Part shown: positions 9,373 through 17,345 of the stretch, one piece after another
How the letters are laid out: every line of letters begins with the position of its first letter
Position numbering within the stretch: position 1 is the first letter of the stretch
NCBI GenBank assembly: GCA_045544995.1
Contig: JAZQAE010000119.1
Span: 1,857 to 65,856, forward strand
Reading direction: 5' to 3'
Source of the DNA: Eubacteriales bacterium
GTDB lineage: Bacteria; Bacillota; Clostridia; Oscillospirales; QAKW01
DNA: 64,000 nucleotides
The notes under the pieces: generated by a model
The model's input: only the letters and a program-made list of their open reading frames with translations
Databases searched by the model: none
Told to the model about the DNA's origin: nothing
Position numbers and translations under genes: made by a program

Positions 9373-9786
9373 ATGATAAAAGAAGTAATTCACGATCCGA
9401 TTTTTCTTGGAGTTAAATCGGAGGCGGCGACAAAAGAAGATTTGCAGGTGGCACAGGATTTATTGGACACGTTGATTGCCAATAAGGACGGCTGCGTTGG
9501 AATAGCGGCGAATATGATCGGTGCGCGCAAGCGGATCATTGTTTTTGATAATGAGGGTACATATATGACGATGTTTAACCCTGAAATTATCAAAAAGTCC
9601 GGGCCGTACGACACTGAGGAAGGTTGTCTTTCTCTTCTAGGTGGTCCCCGCCCGTGTAAGCGATATAAATCCATCAAAGTCCAGTGGCAAACCGCCGATT
9701 TTCAAACTCGTATTAAAACCTTCACCGGTTGGTCAGCACAGATCATTCAGCATGAGATTGATCATTGTAACGGGATTTTAATTTAG
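9373..9786 (+). CDS. def: peptide deformylase paralogue (short form)
   Basis: Motifs GIAANMIG, EGCLS and QHEIDH. About 137 aa. Starts 3 nt after the upstream stop codon. Confidence 0.85.
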   Translation: MIKEVIHDPIFLGVKSEAATKEDLQVAQDLLDTLIANKDGCVGIAANMIGARKRIIVFDNEGTYMTMFNPEIIKKSGPYDTEEGCLSLLGGPRPCKRYKSIKVQWQTADFQTRIKTFTGWSAQIIQHEIDHCNGILI

Positions 9787-9798
9787 AGGTGTACCCAC

Positions 9799-10665
9799 AT
9801 GAACAAAAAAGCCATAGAGAAGTTTCATAAAACTTGTATAGAATCGAACACTGTTGAATTGGAAAGATTATGGAATAATGCATCTCCAAAAACATTGGTG
9901 AAGTTCTATCCAGCTCGGTATTTACCTGATGGTCATAATTATTCTGTGGACAGCATCATTAATAAAAAATTATGGATTTCTTCTCCTCGACAGTTTAATG
10001 ATCCTTTTGACAGTGTGATGAATATAGATTATCGACCTGAATTATCGGTGCTAGCATCGCAAGTTATGGTAGACTTATTTGGAGAACAGAGGGCTCATGA
10101 ATTGATGGACACTTCCATCTTTAAAGCTGCGATTCAGTCGGCACATATACAAATTCAAACCGGATTGGCTCAACGGAATTCAGAAATAGAACAAGGCGTT
10201 TTAGTTTCATGCTTTACAGAAAAAGAGAATATTAGTTCCACATGTATGTGGGCGCATTATGCCGATAACCACTCTGGATTTTGTGCGGAATTTGAATTTA
10301 ACGATATCAAGAATGTTGGTGATTACGGTTGTCTTCCAATTAAATACTCAGATGAGTATATTTTACATGACAACCCTTCCTCATTGCAGGAGGGTATAGA
10401 GTTTTTGTTAAATTTAGTTTTCACGAAATCTAAATCGTGGAAAAACGAAAAAGAATGGAGAATCATACGGCTTCAAGAAGAAGTCAATAGCAATGGGGAA
10501 TTGATTGATTTTGTCTTGCCAAAGAGTATTTATTTGGGCTGTAAAGTTAAAGATAGATTAAAGAAAGATCTTTGCTCATTCTGTCGTGAGAATAAAATAC
10601 CAATATATCAAATGAGTTTAAAACCGGGAAGTTTTAATATAAAAAAAGAAAAACTCGATGTTTAA
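9799..10665 (+). CDS. DUF2971-family protein
   Basis: MWAHYADNHSGFCAEF is the signature block I associate with DUF2971. RBS gaggtg. Confidence 0.7.
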   Translation: MNKKAIEKFHKTCIESNTVELERLWNNASPKTLVKFYPARYLPDGHNYSVDSIINKKLWISSPRQFNDPFDSVMNIDYRPELSVLASQVMVDLFGEQRAHELMDTSIFKAAIQSAHIQIQTGLAQRNSEIEQGVLVSCFTEKENISSTCMWAHYADNHSGFCAEFEFNDIKNVGDYGCLPIKYSDEYILHDNPSSLQEGIEFLLNLVFTKSKSWKNEKEWRIIRLQEEVNSNGELIDFVLPKSIYLGCKVKDRLKKDLCSFCRENKIPIYQMSLKPGSFNIKKEKLDV

Positions 10666-11030
10666 TTTCAAATTGCGTACCATATAAACGACAATATACG
10701 ACAAAATTAGCAACAAAGTGGAGGATGATTTCGAAACAAAAATGCGAGATTGTCCTTTTCGCTTTTATATTTTTATTTGCAGATCTTCACTGTTTTCTAT
10801 TTGAATGGTGGTAATGTTCAAAACTTTAACAATGAAAATATATGAATGATATATGAAAAACATATGTAATCAAAATATTTAAAAGAATAGCTTGAATCTT
10901 AACATTTATTGGGTTATATTGAGCAATTTCATAAATCAAACAATTGATTTTCTCCATCAACGAAATATTTAAACGCTCAAGAAAAAATGCGTATGTTTTT
11001 TATATGTTTTGAATATATCTCGCTTTTCTA

Positions 11031-11059
11031 TTGACAATAGCGCTTCTTTGTACTATAAT
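11031..11059 (+). promoter_or_regulatory. consensus sigma-A promoter
   Basis: TTGACA, 17-nt spacer, TATAAT, about 30 nt upstream of the 11090 start. Confidence 0.55.
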
Positions 11060-11089
11060 ATAGGTGTAAAATTATATTGAGGTGGTATT

Positions 11090-11461
11090 ATGGAATTTAA
11101 TTTCGACTTTACCTATCTTAAAAATGGCGCTCCGATAGTGACTTTGAGCTCATTGGGTATTGCATTCAATAAAGGTGCTGTTGATTTACTTGGCGCTCCG
11201 GAACAAATCAATGTTGGCTTTGATGAAGAAAAATGCGCCATAGGTGTCCGCAAGCATGATCCAACCAGTAATGCACCCGTTTATGATTTCGCTTCACGTG
11301 TAAAAAATGATTGGGTTCGCATTGGAGCCAAGGATTTTATGCGCTATTTATCAAAGGTAAGCAGAATTGATTTTCTAACAAAAGCTAAGCAATTCCTTCC
11401 TGAATTTGATGAGAACACAAAAACCTTAATCATTCAGGTTGATGAATTGCATGCTAAATAG
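11090..11461 (+). CDS. hypothetical 123-aa protein
   Basis: RBS gaggtgg. Own promoter and terminator. The N-terminal beta-rich VTLSSLGIAFNKGAVDLLG segment is vaguely AbrB/SpoVT-like; this is a weak resemblance. Confidence 0.65.
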   Translation: MEFNFDFTYLKNGAPIVTLSSLGIAFNKGAVDLLGAPEQINVGFDEEKCAIGVRKHDPTSNAPVYDFASRVKNDWVRIGAKDFMRYLSKVSRIDFLTKAKQFLPEFDENTKTLIIQVDELHAK

Positions 11462-11482
11462 GTACAAAACAGAAAAAGAAAA

Positions 11483-11525
11483 AAGCAATATTTTACGACT
11501 GGTACTCGTAAAATATTGCTTTCTG
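11483..11525 (+). terminator. probable terminator
   Basis: 15-bp stem aagcaatattttacg / cgtaaaatattgctt. Short T-run. Confidence 0.55.
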
Positions 11526-11687
11526 TGCCAATGCAAAGAACAACGGAACGATACTTAGCATTATTTCAACACATGATAATAATATCACGTTTTGATTTTT
11601 TTTGCAAGAGGGTTTATTTTGTGTTAATGATTCTTTTTGGCACAATATCTTGATTCTGTTTGTAAATAAATTTGAAAGGTGATTTTT

Positions 11688-12593
11688 ATGAAAATCAGAA
11701 AAACAATAATTCGAAACCCAGAACCATATCTTGCAGAAGTTGGAGTTGGCGAAGACTTCTATGTAGTTGCCGTAAATGTTTCTACAAAGAAGAACATTTT
11801 CGAACGATATGGGCTATCCACTGACGGTAAACTGAGGGTACCGATTGGCAGAGGTAATGCAACTCGTTTTAATGCAGATGGTAAGTTTGTAGTCAACCGC
11901 AAACTACCCAAAGTAGAAAAAGTCTTTGAACGTGCGTATCATATCATAGATTGGCACGGTGACGATCACTACGGAACGTGCTTTCAACGACGTATGTGTT
12001 ATCAAAAGGATTATATTTTTCCTCCTAATGTTGGCTTTTTCTATGAAGAGAACTGCTTATTTTCGGAGAAAATGAATAACACAGCCAACAATTATAAAAA
12101 CATCAAATCAGCAATTAATGTTGCCTTAGAGATGTTTGGAGAGTGTGAAATATGGTCGAAGGATAAGTCACCTATTATCCCTAACATACCTGAAATAACC
12201 GTCCCGTGGGAAATACTTCGCAAGGGGACCAAAGATTCAGCTGCTTGGGATAAATATTTAAATAACACCCTAAAAGGGAAAACCAAATCGCAGCAAACAA
12301 TAATTCGTAATCGCCACGAATTCATTCATGATTTAAATCCTAGCTATAGGGTGTTAGGTTCACAGAATTTTTATGGCTATGTTGTTTACGCGTTTGAAGA
12401 TGAAAACCTTTTCGTTTTTGAGTGTAATAGCATAAATAATGCCACTTACTTTTTCAAGGGCGATTGGAAAGAAGTTTCGCAATTAAGTAAGACACAAATC
12501 TTAACTGGGAATCTTCAGTACGCTCGAGTTTTTCACACTGAAAATTGGCGTGAGAAAGTTGAAAAACTCATTCTCTCCAAAAAGGAGGTGTAA
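11688..12593 (+). CDS. hypothetical 301-aa protein
   Basis: ATG after aaaggtga. No family recognised. Confidence 0.7.
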   Translation: MKIRKTIIRNPEPYLAEVGVGEDFYVVAVNVSTKKNIFERYGLSTDGKLRVPIGRGNATRFNADGKFVVNRKLPKVEKVFERAYHIIDWHGDDHYGTCFQRRMCYQKDYIFPPNVGFFYEENCLFSEKMNNTANNYKNIKSAINVALEMFGECEIWSKDKSPIIPNIPEITVPWEILRKGTKDSAAWDKYLNNTLKGKTKSQQTIIRNRHEFIHDLNPSYRVLGSQNFYGYVVYAFEDENLFVFECNSINNATYFFKGDWKEVSQLSKTQILTGNLQYARVFHTENWREKVEKLILSKKEV

Positions 12594-12595
12594 TA

Positions 12596-12820
12596 ATGGG
12601 TAAGAATCAACATGTTACTCATCGTCCCGATGGAAACTGGCAGGTGAAAGGCGCAGGAAATTCCAAGGCTACATTTATAACCTCAACGCAAAAAGAAGCT
12701 ATTAAAATAGCCACCGGAATTGCTAAGAGCCAAAAATCCGAACTATTAATTCACGGAAAAAACGGAAGAATTCGAGAAAAGAATTCGTATGGCAACGATA
12801 ACTTTCCGCCGAAAGGATAA
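12596..12820 (+). CDS. DUF2188-family small protein
   Basis: HVTHRPDGNWQVKGAGNSKA...TQKEAI..A..IA.....ELLIHGKNGRIREKNSYGND.FPPKG matches the DUF2188 pattern. RBS aggaggtg. Confidence 0.8.
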   Translation: MGKNQHVTHRPDGNWQVKGAGNSKATFITSTQKEAIKIATGIAKSQKSELLIHGKNGRIREKNSYGNDNFPPKG

Positions 12821-12889
12821 GTTAAAGCAAAAACTGTTGTGTACCAGGCAACACTTCCTGCTTTTTAACGGCACCCAATAAGGACTGAA

Positions 12890-12932
12890 CATCTCCGCAT
12901 AACATATTCAAATGTTATGCGGAGATGTTTTC
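12890..12932 (+). terminator. rho-independent terminator
   Basis: 16-bp stem catctccgcataacat / atgttatgcggagatg followed by tttt. Confidence 0.75.
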
Positions 12933-13028
12933 TTTCACCCTTTTTCACATTCTTTCGACAAAAAAGTACGTTTTATCGTACACTACTTATTTTATAATAG
13001 AATCATAAAATAAAGGAGTGTGATAAAA

Positions 13029-13817
13029 ATGTCAAAAGATTTACTTGCCATGGACCGATTGACGACGATGGAGGAACTGAAAAAGTTCTTTAAGGAGAAC
13101 GACTGGACGAGCATGAAGATGGATGACCCGGCTCAGAGAACGGCGGAGGAACGGGCCGAGGTTGCGTATGTAGTCGGTGTAATGGACAAGGAGTTTGAAA
13201 AGCAAGCTCGTAAGAAGGGACGGAAATCTGCCAAGAAGTATTACGGCAAAGATAATCCGTTGATTGCTTTGCAGACAAATACCGAGGATTTGGTTGCGAG
13301 CGCGGTCGTTAAGATTGCCAACGATGATGCGTTGTTAGACGGTGTTCTCTCGCAGTTTGATTTCACCGATCCGGATCTTGACAAGAAAGCGGACGCGTTT
13401 TTGCACAACGCGGTGGATACGATGCTCAACGTAATGGATTACGAGCAGATGGCAGCGATCATTCACGAGGATTCCAGCGAAGAAGATTTCAACACCAGCA
13501 TCGAAAACAACTTCCGATACAAAGATCACATTCGCCGTGTGGAACATACCGATGCGAAAACCGAAAACATTCTCTGCCCTGACCCAGAAGCCAAACTTAG
13601 AGAAGCAGAAACTTCAGTAGAGGATGAAGCGTTGCAAAACGTTTTGGCAGAACAGTTTATGGCAACGCTTGACGAAACCGATAAGAAAATATTCGCGATG
13701 AAACGCCTTGGCTACACGCAAAAAGATATCGCCGAAGCGGTTGGGTTTAGCGGTAATGCAGCCGTTTCAAAACGGCTCGCCATCATGAAAGAAAACTTCC
13801 ATAAAATGCTCCAATAA
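13029..13817 (+). CDS. sigma-70 region-4-like HTH protein (MGE regulator)
   Basis: C-terminal KKIFAMKRLGYTQKDIAEAVGFSGNAAVSKRL resembles a sigma region 4 / LuxR-type HTH. Confidence 0.65.
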   Translation: MSKDLLAMDRLTTMEELKKFFKENDWTSMKMDDPAQRTAEERAEVAYVVGVMDKEFEKQARKKGRKSAKKYYGKDNPLIALQTNTEDLVASAVVKIANDDALLDGVLSQFDFTDPDLDKKADAFLHNAVDTMLNVMDYEQMAAIIHEDSSEEDFNTSIENNFRYKDHIRRVEHTDAKTENILCPDPEAKLREAETSVEDEALQNVLAEQFMATLDETDKKIFAMKRLGYTQKDIAEAVGFSGNAAVSKRLAIMKENFHKMLQ

Positions 13818-13893
13818 AAAAATTTTAGAAATTTTTAAATTTTATGAATATTTTGTATATACTTCCCGCGTTACATAGTAAAGGGGTAAAAGA

Positions 13894-13930
13894 CCCGCAC
13901 TCATCAATTTGAAGAGTGCGGGATTTTTTA
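13894..13930 (+). terminator. rho-independent terminator
   Basis: Stem cccgcactc / gagtgcggg followed by attttttat. Confidence 0.7.
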
Positions 13931-14125
13931 TGCCCAAAATCACGAAAAGGAAGTAACAAAATGTTCTTAACGGACAGGCTCAAAGAGCCTTAGCGGGGAT
14001 GGCATCACTTCGTGATGGCATCGGTCTCGCAAGCATCGTGTTTGGATATCCCCAAACACACCCTTTAGGGGTTTCACCCCTAACACCCTGAATAAAAAAT
14101 AAATGAAGAAAGAAGGAAAAACATT

Positions 14126-14437
14126 ATGGCACATAAAATGAAAGGTTTTATTTTGAGACTCTCGGATGAGGAATTTGCAAAGCTGAACAAGCGGGCGAAA
14201 AACACCGGTTTGACGCGACAGGATTATCTCCGCTATTTATGCAGAGGTATTCGTTTCAAACCTTGCCCCGACGAAGAACTGAAGGAAGTGGGCGCAGAGA
14301 TTTGCGCTGTCAGCAACGAAATCAATCGCATCGCAATGGTGGCAAATTCCACCGGTGTAGTCGATGAACTCGCTTACGTGAAAGCCTTGGAGCGGTTGCG
14401 CATCGCCCTGGATAAAATCGTTGAGTATGACCCGTAA
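14126..14437 (+). CDS. MobC-like ribbon-helix-helix relaxosome accessory protein
   Basis: KGFILRLSDEEFAKLNKRAKNTGLTRQDYLRYL is a typical MobC/RHH N-terminus. Confidence 0.7.
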   Translation: MAHKMKGFILRLSDEEFAKLNKRAKNTGLTRQDYLRYLCRGIRFKPCPDEELKEVGAEICAVSNEINRIAMVANSTGVVDELAYVKALERLRIALDKIVEYDP

Positions 14438-14446
14438 GGAGCGCGT

Positions 14447-14770
14447 ATGAATCATAAGCAAAAAGGATTTATCTTTCGGTTGTCCGACGAGGATTTTGCC
14501 GATCTGAACCACAAGGTCAAAATGACGCAGATGGATCGACAGAAATATATGCGCATGATTATCGGAGGCGGCAAACCCAGCGCGGCTCCATCGGAGGGAC
14601 TACGCGTGATCCTTCACCTGTTTAATAAAATCCTCAACAACCTATGGCAGTTGGAACAGGTATATAGGAAACGTGGCGATCTGAGATGGACGCGATTCAA
14701 GCACGACTACGATAATCTACAACGATTGGAATGTGACTTTATTGGTCGTCGCGTAAAATGGAAAATTTAG
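14447..14770 (+). CDS. MobC-like ribbon-helix-helix protein (paralogue 2)
   Basis: KGFIFRLSDEDFADLNHKVKMTQMDRQKYMRMI. Confidence 0.7.
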   Translation: MNHKQKGFIFRLSDEDFADLNHKVKMTQMDRQKYMRMIIGGGKPSAAPSEGLRVILHLFNKILNNLWQLEQVYRKRGDLRWTRFKHDYDNLQRLECDFIGRRVKWKI

Positions 14771-14967
14771 AAAAGGAGAAAAGTATTTTGAAAGACAGTA
14801 TTGTGATTTTTCGGGCAAGTGAGCTCGAAAAACAACGCATTCAGCAACAAGCAAATCGATACGGTATGACCGTATCCAAGTATTTACGGCAATTGGCAGT
14901 GTCCGATGAGAAGGCAGGACTCTTGGAGGGTCCTGCCTTCCGTTTTGCCCAAAAGAAGAAGGAGTGA
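14758..14967 (+). CDS. short RHH protein (paralogue 3)
   Basis: IVIFRASELEKQRIQQQANRYGMTVSKYLRQLA. An alternative TTG start at 14788 after aaggag is possible. Confidence 0.55.
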   Translation: MENLEKEKSILKDSIVIFRASELEKQRIQQQANRYGMTVSKYLRQLAVSDEKAGLLEGPAFRFAQKKKE

Positions 14968-14971
14968 TTAA

Positions 14972-15895
14972 ATGAGTAGTAAATTTAAGTCTGTAGAAGG
15001 GATGCTGACTAGCGTGGATAGTTTGTTTACCACGCAGGCGGAGCGGGATGACATGGCAAAGCCGAAAGTTGAGGAGATTAGCTTAGATCTCATTGACGGG
15101 TTTGAGGGGCATCCCTTTTCGGTGAAGGACGACGAGGATATGCAAAAGCTTTTGCAGAGCATTGCCGAGCGTGGCGTGTTGGTACCGTGTTTGGCGCGGC
15201 AAAACGGAGAGCGGTATGAACTGATTTCCGGACATCGGCGCAAGGCGGCGTGCCGGACGCTTGGGATATCCACCTTGCCTGTCATTGTCAAGGATATGTC
15301 CCGCGAGGAAGCCATTATCACGATGGTGGACAGCAATGTGCAACGAGAGCATATTCTGCCCAGTGAAAAAGCAATGGCTTATAAGATGAAGATGGATGCA
15401 CTTACACACCAAGGTAAAACTTCTCGCCAAGTTGGCGAGAAGTGGAGCGTAACACAAGTGAGCGAAGCCACAAACGATAGCGAACGGCAAGTCCAACGCT
15501 ATATCCGTTTAACCCATCTCAACAAACCGCTGTTGGATATGGTAGATGAGGGGCGGATTGCGTTCACACCGGCGGTGGAGCTGTCGTATCTCAACGAGAT
15601 CGAGCAACAGGATTTGGTGGAGGCTATTGCCGTTTGCGAGTGCACCCCGAATCTGTCGCAGGCGTGCCGATTAAAAGCTATCAGTCAAACCGACAAGGGC
15701 TTAAGCCCCGAAGACATCACCGCCATTATGAGCGAGCAAAAAGCCAACCAAAAACCGATGTTTAAGATTCGGCTTGAAAAGCTACGTGAGGTGGCACCCA
15801 AGATCAAGGACAACGAGTTTGAGTCATTCGTCATCAAGGCGTGCGACCACTATTACAAGTACCAACAAAAAGAGAAAAAGAGAGAAGCGAGGTAA
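14972..15895 (+). CDS. ParB/Srx N-terminal-domain protein
   Basis: HPFSV...LLQSIAERGVLVPCLAR...YELISGHRRKAACRTLG is a ParB-box motif. Confidence 0.85.
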   Translation: MSSKFKSVEGMLTSVDSLFTTQAERDDMAKPKVEEISLDLIDGFEGHPFSVKDDEDMQKLLQSIAERGVLVPCLARQNGERYELISGHRRKAACRTLGISTLPVIVKDMSREEAIITMVDSNVQREHILPSEKAMAYKMKMDALTHQGKTSRQVGEKWSVTQVSEATNDSERQVQRYIRLTHLNKPLLDMVDEGRIAFTPAVELSYLNEIEQQDLVEAIAVCECTPNLSQACRLKAISQTDKGLSPEDITAIMSEQKANQKPMFKIRLEKLREVAPKIKDNEFESFVIKACDHYYKYQQKEKKREAR

Positions 15896-15900
15896 TAAAA

Positions 15901-16254
15901 ATGAACGTTTTAAGTGTATTGAAATTCTTTATGATCTACGTCATCACTGACAAGCGCGGTGAGTACAAATTCATCGTCAAGGGGCGCGAGGTGGAGGCAA
16001 GCTTTACCGAACAGCCCAACCCTGACATCGTCCCGCAACTGAAAACCATTCTGTTAGGCGATGCCAATCCCCCTGCTTACAAGAGAGCCAAGCGTGAGAA
16101 AAAAGAGGAGCGCACCTGGAACATTGATATGGATCGCGTGCGGTCCGCCATCCCCGCCGAGATTCCCGACGAGGAGATGGAGGCTTATACCGAAAAGGCG
16201 CTGGAGTATTACCAGCAATTGTTGCAAAAAAAGAAAGCGAGGGATGCTCGATGA
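15901..16254 (+). CDS. hypothetical protein
   Basis: ATG 5 nt after the ParB-like stop codon. No family recognised. Confidence 0.6.
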   Translation: MNVLSVLKFFMIYVITDKRGEYKFIVKGREVEASFTEQPNPDIVPQLKTILLGDANPPAYKRAKREKKEERTWNIDMDRVRSAIPAEIPDEEMEAYTEKALEYYQQLLQKKKARDAR

Positions 16255-16336
16255 ATCGGCACATTCATTCGCTTAGGTCGCACAATCGACAAAACGGGTA
16301 CCCCCTCGTTACAATTAGCACAAAGGAGGTGATGTA

Positions 16337-17293
16337 ATGGCAAAACGAGTATGCTGTTTGTACCGCGTGTCCACCGGCAAACAGGTGGACTACAACGGCA
16401 ACAACGAAGCCGATATCCCGATGCAACGCAAAGCGTGCCACAAATTCGCGCTGGAAAAGGGCTGGAACATCGTGCACGAGGAACAGGAGGACGGTGTTTC
16501 AGGTCATAAGATTCGCGCCGAAAACCTCGATAAAATCCAAATCATCAAGGAACTGGCACGCAAGAAACAATTCGATATTCTGCTGGTGTTTATGTTCGAC
16601 CGTATCGGCAGAATCGCGGACGAAACACCCTTTGTGGTGGAATGGTTTGTCAAAAACGGCGTGGAGGTATGGAGTACCCAAGAGGGCGAGCAACGGTTCG
16701 ACAACCACACCGACAAGCTCTTAAACTATATCCGCTTTTGGCAAGCGGACGGCGAGAGCGAGAAAACCTCGGTGCGTACCAAAACGAGCTTGGGTCAGAT
16801 TGTGGAGTCGGGTCACTACAAGGGCGGCGGTGCCGCCTATGGCTACGACCTTGTGAAAAACGGGCGCACCAATAAGAAAAAGCACGAACTCTTTGACCTG
16901 CAAGTGAATGCCGATTACAGCAAGGCGAGTGATAACCTCGCCTTGCTCAAAGCCGAGGTGGTGAAATCCATTCGGGGTGAGGGTTCCTTTTCTACCGAGA
17001 TGCTGTCGGATCTCATTCGCGAAGCGGAGAGCGAATGTGCGCATTTGGAGGAACAATGCGACGATGCAAGGCGGGACGTGAAAGACACCGAAAATCTGCT
17101 CCGTCAGCTCAGCGACCATTTCGACGAATTGATCTCTTGGGCGGAACTGTACGACAGCGCCAGCTTGGAGAAAAAGAAGATGGTGGTCAACGCCCTCATT
17201 AACCGCATTGAGGTGTTCCGCGATTATAAAGTTAAGATTGATTTTAATTTTGACTTTGAGCAATTTACGCAAGGCTTAGACATCGCAGCATAA
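16337..17293 (+). CDS. large serine recombinase with an apparent in-frame internal deletion (probably inactive)
   Basis: The resolvase catalytic domain is intact (YRVSTGKQ, DGVSG, FDRIGR). After YGYDLV the sequence jumps straight to the C-terminal coiled-coil. No recombinase or zinc-ribbon domain is visible. Length is 318 aa versus the roughly 500+ aa usual for this family. Confidence 0.7.
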   Translation: MAKRVCCLYRVSTGKQVDYNGNNEADIPMQRKACHKFALEKGWNIVHEEQEDGVSGHKIRAENLDKIQIIKELARKKQFDILLVFMFDRIGRIADETPFVVEWFVKNGVEVWSTQEGEQRFDNHTDKLLNYIRFWQADGESEKTSVRTKTSLGQIVESGHYKGGGAAYGYDLVKNGRTNKKKHELFDLQVNADYSKASDNLALLKAEVVKSIRGEGSFSTEMLSDLIREAESECAHLEEQCDDARRDVKDTENLLRQLSDHFDELISWAELYDSASLEKKKMVVNALINRIEVFRDYKVKIDFNFDFEQFTQGLDIAA

Positions 17294-17305
17294 CATGAGA
17301 AAAGC

Positions 17306-17334
17306 CGAGCAGAGCGTGATTTGCGCTCTGCTCG
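17306..17334. terminator. hairpin between convergent genes
   Basis: 11-bp stem cgagcagagcg / cgctctgctcg. Weak U-tracts on both strands. Confidence 0.45.
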
Positions 17335-17345
17335 TCGAATTGTCT

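Larger units (their letters stand above)
13029..17345 (+). mobile_element. remnant of an integrative/mobilizable element, with no relaxase and a defective recombinase
   Basis: Co-directional sigma-like HTH, three MobC-like RHH genes, ParB-like protein and serine recombinase. Higher GC than the flanking AT-rich blocks. Confidence 0.5.

Noticed and set aside
10725-10814. 29-codon hydrophobic ORF in the AT-rich gap after DUF2971.
   Set aside because: The ggagg sits directly against the ATG with no spacer. There is nothing conserved to compare, so it is likely a chance ORF in AT-rich DNA.
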